From Camelus dromedarius (lineage: Eukaryota), in assembly GCF_036321535.1 (NCBI RefSeq), contig NC_087436.1, positions 3,782,001 through 3,846,000 on the forward strand: DNA of 64,000 nt, written 5' to 3'. The notes below the pieces were generated by a model that saw nothing but the letters and a program-made list of their open reading frames with translations, did not search any database and was not told the DNA's origin. The translations under genes and the position numbers were made by a program. The first letter of the stretch is position 1. Every line of letters begins with the position of its first letter. Shown in pieces: positions 54,501 to 64,000 of this stretch.

Positions 54501-56180
54501 GAACGGGTTGCAGGAGAAACTTTTACTCTGGTTTCACAGTCTGTTTCCTAGTGCCGGTTTGAAGTTCCTGCAGTTTTCACTGTAAAACCGAGTTGGAGCT
54601 ACTAACTCCCCATATATATCTACGGAGTTGAGTTTGCAACTGGAAAGAAACTTTGTGTTCCCTACAAGCAAGTTGAAGTACGGCTTTCACACACACTTAT
54701 CTCTCAGAACTTAGCATGTTGAGAGACTTCGTTCATCTAGCACAAAAGGAACGGGTTGCAGGAGAAACTATTACTCTGGTTTCTCAGTCTGTTTCCTACT
54801 GCTGGTTTGAAGTTCCTGTAGTTTTCATTGTAAAACCGAGTTGGAGTTAGTACCTCCCCATATATATGTATGGAGAGGAGTTTGCAAGTGAAAAGAAACT
54901 TTGTGTTCCCAAAAATCTAGGTGAAGGACGGCTGTCACACACACTTATCCCTCAGAATTAAGCATGTGGAGAGACGTTCATTCATCTAGCAAAATGGGAA
55001 CGGGTTGCAGGAGAAACTTTTACTCAGTTTTCTCAGTCTGTGTCCTAGTGCCGGTTTGAAGTTCCTGCAGTTTTCACTGTAAAACCGAGTTGGAACTAAT
55101 ACATCCCCATATATATGTATGGAGTGGAGTTTGCAACTGAAAAGAAACTTTGTGTTCCCAACAAGCTAGGTGAAGGACGGCTTTCACACTCACTTATCTC
55201 TGAGAACTGAGCATGTGGAAAGAGTATCGTTCATCTAGCACAAAGGGAACGGGTTCCAGCAGAAACTTTTACTCTGGTTTCTCAGTCTATTTCCTAGTGC
55301 CGGTTTGAAGTACCTGCAGTTTTCACTGTAAAACCGAGTTGGAGCTAGTACCTCCCCATATATAATTATGGAGTGGAGTTTGCAATTGAAAAGAAACTTT
55401 GTGATCCCAACAAGCTAGGTGAAGGACGGCTTCACACACACTTATCTCTCAGAACTGAGCATGTGGAGAGACGTTCGTTCATCTAGCACAAAGGGAACGG
55501 GTTGCAGGAGAAACTTTTACTCTGGTTTCTCAGTCTGATTCCTAGTGCCGGTTTGAAGTTCCTGCAGTTTTCACTGTAAAACCGAGTTGGAGCTTTTACC
55601 ACCCCATATATATCTATGGAGTGGAGTTTGCAACTGGAAAGAAATTTTCTCTTCCCAACAAGCTAGTTGAAATACGGCTTTCACACACACTTATCTCTCA
55701 GAACTTAACATGTTGACAGAATTCGTTCATCTATCACAAAGGGAACGGGTTGCAGGAGAAACAATTACTCTGCTTTCTCAGTCTGTTTCCAAGTGCCGGT
55801 TTGAAGTACCTGCAGTTTTCAATGTAAACAGAGTTGGAGCTAGTTCCTCCCCATATATATGTATGGAGTGGAGTTTGCAACTGTAAAGAAACTTTGTGTT
55901 CCCAACAAGCTAGGTTAAGTACGGCTTTCACACACACTTATATCTCAGAACTGAGCATGTGGAGAGACGTTCGTTCATCTAGCACAAAAGGAACGGGTTG
56001 CAGGAGAAACTTTTTCTCTGGTTTCTCAGTCTGTTTCCTGTTGCCGGTTTGAAGTTCTTGCAGTTTTCACTGTAAAACCGAGTTGGAACTAGTACCTCCC
56101 CATATATATGAAGGAAGTGGAGTTTGCAAGTGAAAAGAAACTTTGTGTTCCCAACAAGCTAGGTGAAGGACGGCTTTCAC
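51600..56180 (+). repeat. Copy 2 of the dispersed block duplication, lacking two monomers present at ~41345-41845
   Basis: The junction at ~53030 joins sequence equivalent to ~41345 directly to sequence equivalent to ~41850 (tattctggtttctaagtctg). Confidence 0.85.
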
Positions 56181-58059
56181 ACACAATTATCTCTCAGAAC
56201 TGAGTATGTGGAGAGAAGTTCGTTCTTCCTGCACAAATGGAACTGGTGGCAGGGAAACTTTTACTCTGGTTTCTCAGTCTGTTTCCTAGTGCCGGATTGA
56301 AGTTCCTGCAATTTTCACTTTAAAACCGAGTTGGATCTTGTACCTCGCCATATATATCTATGGAGTGGAGATGGCAAATTAAAAGAAAATTTGTGTTCCC
56401 AACAGGCTAGGTGAAGGACGGCTTTCACACACAATTATCTCTCAGAACTGAGCATGTGGAGAGACTTTCGTTCATCTAGCACAAAGGAACGGGTTGCAGG
56501 AGGAACTTTTACTCTGGTTTCCCAGTCTGTTTCCAAGTGCCGGTTTGAAGTTCCTGCAGTTTTCACTGTAAAACAGAGTTGGACCTAGTACCTCCCCATA
56601 CATGAGTATGGAGTGGAGTTTACAACTGAAAAGAAACTTTGTGTTCCCAACAAGCTAGGTGAAGCACGGCTTTCACACACACTTATCTCTCAGAACTGAG
56701 CATGTGGAGAGACGTTCGTTCATCTAGCACAAAGGGAACGGTTTGCAGGAGAAACTTTTACACTGGTTTCTCAGTCTGTTTCCTAGTGCCTTTTTGAAGT
56801 CCCTGCAGTTTAAACTGTAAAACCGAGTTTGAGCTTCTACCTCCCCTTATATATGTATGGAGTGGGGTTTGCAAGTGAAAAGAAACTTTGTTTTCCCAAC
56901 AAGCTAGGTGAAGTAAGGCTTTCACACACAATTATCTCTCAGATCTTAGCATGTGGAGAGACGTTCGTTCATCTAGCACAAAGGGAACGGGTTGCAGGAG
57001 GAAATTTTACTCTAGTTTCTCAGTCTGTTTCCTAGTGCCGGTTTGAAGTTCCTGCAGTTTTCACTGTAAAACCCAGTTGGAGCTAGTACCTCCCCATATA
57101 TATGTATGGAGTGGAGTCTGCCCATGAAAAGAAACTATGTGTTCCCAACAAGCTAGGTGAAGGACTACTTTCACACACACTTATCTCTCAGAACTGAGCA
57201 TGTGGAGAGACTTTCGTTCACCTAGCACAAAGGGAACGGTTTGCAGGAAAACTTTTACTCTGGATTCTCAGTATGTTTCCTACTGCCGGTTTGAAAATCC
57301 TGCAGTTTTCACTGTAAAACCGAGTTGGAGCTAGTACCACCACATATACATGTATGGAGTGGAGTTTGCAACTGAATAAGAAATTTTGTATTCCCAACAA
57401 GCTAGGTGAAGGACGGCTTTCACACACACTTATCTCTCAGAACTGAGCATGTGGAGAGACGTTCGTTCATCTAGCACAAAAGGAACGGGTTGCAGGAGAA
57501 ACTTTTACTCTGGTTTCTCAGTCTGTTTCCTAGTGCCGGTTTAAAGTTCCTGCAGTTTTCACTGTAAAACCGAGTTGGAGCTAATACCTCCCCATATATA
57601 TCTATGGAGTGGAGTTTGCAACTGAAAAGAAACTTTGTGTTCCCAACAAGCTAGGTGAAGGACGGCTTTCACACACACTTATCTCTCAGAACTGAGCATG
57701 TGGAGAGACCTTCGTTCATCTAGCACAAAGGGAAAGGGTTGCAGGAGTAACTTTTACTCTGGTTTCTCAGTCTGTATCCTGTTTCCGGTTTGAAGTTCCT
57801 GCACTTTTCACTGTAAAACCGAGTTGGAGCTAGTACCTCGCCATATATAACTATGGAATGGAGTTTGCAACTGAAAAGAAAATTTGTGTTCCCAACAGGC
57901 TAGGTGAAGGACGGCTTTCACACACACTTATCTCTCAGAAATGAGCATGTGGAGAGACGTTCGTTCATCTAACACAAAGGAACGTGTTGCAGGAGTAAGT
58001 TTTACTCTGGTTTCCCAGGCTGTTTCCAAGTGCCGGTTTGAAGTTCCTGCAGTTTTCAC

Positions 58060-59060
58060 TGTAAAACCGAGTTGGAGCTAGTACCTCCCCATATATATCT
58101 ATGGAGTGGAGTTTGCAACTGAAAAGAAACTTTGTGTTCCCAACAAGCTAGGTGAAGCACGGCTTTCACACACACTAATCTCTCAGAACTGAGCATGTGG
58201 AGAGACGTTCGTTCATCTAGCACAAATGGAACTGGTTGCTGGGGTAACTTTTACTCTGGATTCTCACTCTGATTCCTGCTGCCGGTTTGAAGTTCCTGCA
58301 GTTTTCACTGTAAAACCGAGTTGGAGCTAGTGCCACCGCATATATATGTATGGAGTGGAGTTTGCAAGTGAAAAGAAACTTTGTGTTCCCAAAAAGCTAG
58401 GTGAAGGACGGCTTTCACACACACTTCTCTCTCAGAACTGAGCATGTGTAGAGACGATCGTTCATCTAGCAGAATGGGAACGGGTTGCAGGAGAAACATT
58501 TACTCTGGTTTCTCAGTTTGTTTCCTAGTGCCGATTTGAAGTTCCTGCAGTTTTCACTGTAAATCCGAGTTGGAGCTAGTACCTCCCCATATATATCTAT
58601 GGAGTGGAGTTTGCAACTGAAAAGAAACTTTGTGTTCCCAACAAGCTAGGTGAAGCACGGCTTTCACACACACTAATCTCTCAGAACTGAGCATGTGGAG
58701 AGACGTTCGTTCATCTAGCACAAATGGAACTGGTTGCTGGTGTAACTTTTACTCTGGATTCTCACTCTGATTCCTGCTGCCGGTTTGAAGTTCCTGCAGT
58801 TTTCACTGTAAAACCGAGTTGGAGCTAGTGCCACCGCATATATATGTATGGAGTGGAGTTTGCAAGTGAAAAGAAACTTTGTGTTCCCAAAAAGCTAGGT
58901 GAAGGACGGCTTTCACACACACTTCTCTCTCAGAACTGAGCATGTGTAGAGACGATCGTTCATCTAGCAGAATGGGAACGGGTTGCAGGAGAAACATTTA
59001 CTCTGGTTTCTCAGTTTGTTTCCTAGTGCCGATTTGAAGTTCCTGCAGTTTTCACTGTAA
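58060..59060 (+). repeat. Tandem dimer duplication (period 498 bp)
   Basis: ORFs 58305 and 58803 have identical translations. Markers gaactggttgctgg, tgattcctgctgcc, tagtgccaccgc and gtgtagagacgatcg each occur twice. Confidence 0.9.
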
Positions 59061-59689
59061 ATCCGAGTTGGAGATAGTACCTCCCCATATATATGTATGG
59101 AATGGTGTTTGCCAGTGAAAAGGAACTCTGTGTTCCTAACAAGCTTAGTGAAGGACGGGTTTCACACACACTTATCTCTCAGAACTGAGCATGTGGATAG
59201 ACGTTCGTTCATCTTGCACAAAGAGAACGGTTTGCAGGAGAAACTTTTACTCTGTTTTCTCAGTCTGTTTCCTAGTGCTGGTTTGAAGTTCCTGCAGTTT
59301 TCACTGTAAAACCGAGTTGGAGCTAGTACCTCCCCATATATTTGTATGGAGTGGAGTTGCAACTGAAAAGAAACTTTTTGTTCCCAACAAGCTAGGTGAA
59401 GGACGGCTTTCACTCACACTTATCTCTCAGAACTGAGCATGTGGAGAGACGTTCGTTCATCTAGCACAAAGGGAAAGGGTTGCAGGAGAAACTTTTACTC
59501 TGGTTTCTCAGTCTGTATCCTGTTGCCGGTTTGAAGTTCCTGAAGTTTTCACTGTAAAACCGAGTTTTAGCTAGTACCTCGCCATATATATCTATGGAGT
59601 GGAGTTTGCAACTGAAAAGAAAATTTGTGTTCCCAACAGGCTAGGTGAAGGACGGCTTTCACACACACTTATCTCTCAGAACTGAGCAT

Positions 59690-62190
59690 GTGGAGAGACG
59701 TTCGTTCATCTAGCACAAAGGAACGGGTTGCAGGAGGAACTTTTACTATGGTTTCCCAGTCTGTTTCCAAGTGCCGGTTTGAAGTTCCTGCAGTTTTCAC
59801 TGTAAAACCGATTTGGAGCATGTACCTACCCATATATATCTATGGAGTGAAGTTTGCAACTGAAAAGAAACTTTGTGTTCCCAACAAGCTAGGTGAAGCA
59901 CGGCTTTCACACACACTTATCTCTCAGAACTGAGCATGTGGAGAGACGTTCGTTCATCTAGCAGAAAGGGAACGGGTTGCAAGAGAAACTATTACTCTGA
60001 ATTCTCAGTCGGTTTCCTACTGCCGGTTTGAAGATCCTGCAGTTTTCACTGTAAAACCGAGTTGGAGCTAGTACCACCACATATATATGTATGGAGTGGA
60101 GTTTGCAACTGAAAAGAAACTTTTTGTTCCCAACAAGCTAGGTGAAGGACGTCTTTCACACACACTTATCTCTCAGAACTGAGCATGTGGAGAGACGTTC
60201 GTTCATCTTGCACAAATGGAACGGGTTGCAGGAGAAACATTTTCTCTGGTTTCTCAGTCTGTTTCCTAGTGCCGGTTTGAAGTTCCTGCACTTTTCACTG
60301 TAAAACCGAGTTGGAGCTAGTACCTAACCATATATATGTATGGATTGGAGTTTGCAACTGAAAAGAAACTTTGTGTTCCCAACAAGCTAGGTGAAGGACG
60401 GCTTTCACACACAATTAACTCTCAGAACTGAGCATGTGGAGAGACGTTCGTTCATCTAGCACAAAGGGAAAGAGTTGCAGGTGAAACTTTTACTCTGGTT
60501 TCTCAGTCTGTATCCTGTTGCCGGTTTGAAGTTCCTGCAGTTTTCACTGTAAATCCGAGTTGGAGCCAGTACCTCGCCATATATATCTATGGAGTGGAGT
60601 TTGCAACTGAAAAGAAAATTTGTGTTCCCAACAGGCTAGGTGAAGGACGGCTTTCACACACACTTATCTCTCAGAACTGAGCATGTGGAGAGTCGTTCGT
60701 TCATCTAGCACAAAGGAACGGGTTGCAGGAGGAACTTTTACTCTGGTTTCCCAGTCTGTTTCCAAGTGCCGGTTTGAAGTTCCTGCAGTTTTCACTGTAA
60801 AACCGATTTGGAGCAAGTAAATGCCCATATATATCTATGGAGTGAAGTTTGCAACTGAAAAGAAACTTTGTGTTCCCAACAAGCTAGGAGAAGGACGGCT
60901 TTCACACACACTTATCTCTCAGAACTGAGCATGTGGAGAGACGTTCGTTCATCTAGCACAAAGGGAACGGTTTGCAGGAGAAACATTTACTCTGGTTTCT
61001 CAGTCTGTTTCCTAGTGCCGTTTTGAAGTTCCTGCAGTTTTCACTGTAAAACCGAGTTGAAGCTTGTAGCTCCCCATATATATGTATGCAGTGGAGTTTG
61101 CAACTGAAAAGAAACTTTGTGTTCCCAACAAGCTAGGTGAAAGACGGCTTTCACACACACTTATCTCTCAGAACTGAGCATGTGGAGAGACGTTCGTTCA
61201 TCTAGCACAAAGGAACGGGTTGCAGGAGGAACTTTTACTATGGTTTCCCAGTCTGTTTCCAAGTGCCGGTTTGAAGTTCCTGCAGTTTTCACTGTAAAAC
61301 CGATTTGGAGCATGTACCTACCCATATATATCTATGGAGTGAAGTTTGCAACTGAAAAGAAACTTTGTGTTCCCAACAAGCTAGGTGAAGCACGGCTTTC
61401 ACACACACTTATCTCTCAGAACTGAGCATGTGGAGAGACGTTCGTTCATCTAGCAGAAAGGGAACGGGTTGCAAGAGAAACTATTACTCTGAATTCTCAG
61501 TCGGTTTCCTACTGCAGGTTTGAAGATCCTGCAGTTTTCACTAAAACCGAGTTGGAGCTAGTACCACCACATATATATGTATGGAGTGGAGTTTGCAACT
61601 GAAAAGAAACTTTTTGTTCCCAACAAGCTAGGTGAAGGACGTCTTTCACACACACTTATCTCTCAGAACTGAGCATGTGGAGAGACGTTCGTTCATCTTG
61701 CACAAATGGAACGGGTTGCAGGAGAAACATTTTCTCTGGTTTCTCAGTCTGTTTCCTAGTGCCGGTTTGAAGTTCCTGCAGTTTTCACTGTAAAACCGAT
61801 TTGGAGCAAGTAAATGCCCATATATATCTATGGAGTGAAGTTTGCAACTGAAAAGAAACTTTGTGTTCCCAACAAGCTAGGAGAAGGACGGCTTTCACAC
61901 ACACTTATCTCTCAGAACTGAGCATGTGGAGAGACGTTCGTTCATCTAGCACAAAGGGAACGGTTTGCAGGAGAAACATTTACTCTGGTTTCTCAGTCTG
62001 TTTCCTAGTGCCGTTTTGAAGTTCCTGCAGTTTTCACTGTAAAACCGAGTTGAAGCTTGTAGCTCCCCATATATATGTATGCAGTGGAGTTTGCAACTGA
62101 AAAGAAACTTTGTGTTCCCAACAAGCTAGGTGAAAGACGGCTTTCACACACACTTATCTCTCAGAACTGAGCATGTGGAGAGACGTTCGT
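59690..62190 (+). repeat. Tandem duplication: 6-monomer unit (period 1492 bp) and 4-monomer copy
   Basis: ORFs 59688 and 61180 have identical translations. The second copy jumps at ~61770-61800 to the caagtaaatgcc monomer, skipping two monomers. Confidence 0.85.
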
Positions 62191-62929
62191 TCATCTAGCA
62201 CAAAGGGAACGGGTTGCAGGAGAAAAGTTACTCTGGTTTCTCAGTCTGTTTCCTAGTGCCGGTTTGAAGTTCCTGCAGTTTTCACTGTAAAACCGAGTTG
62301 GAGCTAGTACCTCCCCGTATATATGTATGGGGTGGAGTCTGCCCATGAAAAGAAACTATGTGTTCCCAACAAGCTAGGTGAAGGACTACATTCACACACA
62401 CTTATCTCTCAGAACTGAGCATGTGGAGAGACTTTCGTTCACCTAGCACAAAGGGAACGGTTTGCAGGAAAACTTTTACTCTGGATTCTCAGTATGTTTC
62501 CTACTGCCGGTTTGAAGATCCTGCAGTTTTCACTGTAAAACCGGGTTGGAGCTAGTACCACCACATATACATGTATGGAGTGGAGTTTGCAACTGAAAAG
62601 AAATTTTGTGTTCCCAACAAGCTAGGTGAAGTACGGCATTCACACACACTTATCTCTCAAAACTGAGCATGTGGAGAGACGTTCGTTCATCTAGCACAAA
62701 AGGAACGGGTTGCAGGAGAAACTTTTACTCTGGTTTCTCAGTCTGTTTCCTAGTGCCGGTTTAAAGTTCCTGCAGTTTTCACTGTAAAACCGAGTTGGAG
62801 CTATTACCTCCCCATATATATCTATGGAGTGGAGTTTGCAACTGAAAAGAAACTTTGTGTTCCAAACAAGCTAGGTGAAGGACGGCTTTCACACACACTT
62901 ATCTCTCAGAACTGAGCATGTGGAGAGAC

Positions 62930-63920
62930 CTTCGTTCATCTAGCACAAAGGGAAAGGGTTGCAGTAGTAACTTTTACTCTGGTTTCTCAGTCTGTATCCT
63001 GTTTCCGGTTTGAAGTTCCTGCAGTTTTCACTGTTAAACCGAGTTGGAGCTAGTACCTCGCCATATATAACTATGGAATGGAGTTTGCAACTGAAAAGAA
63101 AATTTGTGTTCCCAACAGGCTAGGTGAAGGACGGCTTTCACACACACTTATCTCTCAGAAATGAGCATGTGGAGAGACGTTCGTTCATCTAACACAAAGG
63201 AACGTGTTGCAGGAATAAGTTTTACTCTGGTTTCCCAGGCTGTTTCCAAGCGCCGGTTTGAAGTTCCTGCAGTTTTCACTGTAAAACCGAGTTGGAGCTA
63301 GTACCTCCCAATATATATCTATGGAGTGGAGTTTGCAACTGAAAAGAAACTTTGTGTTCCCAACAAGCTAGGTGAAGGACGGCTTTCACACACACTTATC
63401 TCTCAGAACTGAGCATGTGGAGGGACCTTCGTTCATCTAGCACAAAGGGAAAGGGTTGCAGGAGTAACTTTTACTCTGGTTTCTCAGTCTGTATCATGTT
63501 TCCGGTTTGAAGTTCCTGCAGTTTTCACTGTAAAACCGAGTTGAAGCTAGAACCTCGCCATATATAACTATGGAATGGAGTTTGCAACTGAAAAGAAAAT
63601 TTATGTTCCCAACAGGCTAGGTGAAGGACGGCTTTCACACACACTTATCTCTCAGAAATGAGCATGTGGAGAGACGTTCGTTCATCTAACACAAAGGAAC
63701 GTGTTGCCGGAGTAAGTTTTACTCTGGTTTCCCAGGGTGTTTCCAGGTGCCGGTTTGAAGTTCCTGCAGTTTTCACTGTAAAACCGAGTTGGAGCTAGTA
63801 CCTCCCCATATATATCTATGGAGTGGAGTTTGCAACTGAAAAGAAACTTTGTGTTCCCAACAAGCTAGGTGAAGCATGGCTTTCACTCACACTAATCTCT
63901 CAGAACTGAGCATGTGGAGA
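62930..63920 (+). repeat. More diverged tandem dimer duplication (period ~497 bp)
   Basis: Markers gaccttcg, gggaaaggg, cctcgccatatataactatggaatgg and ctaacacaaaggaacgtgttgc occur twice, with several substitutions between the copies. Confidence 0.75.
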
Positions 63921-64000
63921 GACGTTCGTTCATCTAGCACAAATGGAACGGGTTGCTGGTGTAACTTTTACTCTGGATTCTCAGTCTGTTTCCTTCTGCC

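Larger units (their letters stand above)
1..64000 (+). repeat. Tandem satellite DNA array, ~248-249 bp monomer, ~258 head-to-tail copies in a single orientation (probable centromeric/pericentromeric satellite)
   Basis: The motif 'catatat' opens a monomer at position 1 and again at 63807 (257 periods, mean ~248.3 bp). Landmarks such as tctctcagaactgagcatgtggagagacgttcgttcatctagcacaaagggaacggg and ttcctgcagttttcactgtaaaaccgagttggagctag recur in nearly every period. ORF-track offsets are multiples of ~248.4. The array runs off both ends of the window. The centromeric location is inference only. Confidence 0.99.

Noticed and set aside
128..61425. About 70 short ORFs (60-100 aa) with similar translations, such as MCVKAVLHLACWEHKVSFQLQ.. 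and MKDGFTHNYLSELSMWGD..
   Set aside because: They are translations of the same monomer. They open or close with 1 bp indels, occur on both strands and in several frames, are absent from the consensus-length monomer and show no recognisable domain. This is not a gene family.
1..64000. CRISPR array or another repeat-spacer/cassette system
   Set aside because: There are no unique spacers. The whole 249 bp unit is homologous between copies, and there are no associated genes.

Overview
The whole 64 kb window is one uninterrupted head-to-tail tandem satellite DNA array of about 258 copies of a ~248-249 bp monomer (about 45% GC), all in the same orientation. Consensus read from the sequence: catatatatgtatggagtggagtttgcaactgaaaagaaactttgtgttcccaacaagctaggtgaaggacggctttcacacacacttatctctcagaactgagcatgtggagagacgttcgttcatctagcacaaagggaacgggttgcaggagaaacttttactctggtttctcagtctgtttcctagtgccggtttgaagttcctgcagttttcactgtaaaaccgagttggagctagtacctccc. 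I see no genes, transposons, CRISPR arrays or RNA genes. All listed ORFs are chance 60-100 aa frames of the monomer. The informative structure is higher-order. Diagnostic variants define monomer types arranged in local, unstable higher-order repeats (7-, 9-, 13-, 23-mer, plus 2- and 6-mer units). These carry in-register whole-monomer deletions and chimeric junction monomers. There are also dispersed multi-kb duplications and roughly four domains with different variant sets. The monomer looks like an old diverged dimer (~124 bp halves), is rich in short inverted repeats and has no canonical CENP-B box. This fits eukaryotic centromeric or pericentromeric heterochromatin, but I cannot name the family or the organism from the sequence alone. 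Block boundaries were read by eye and are approximate (tens of bp).
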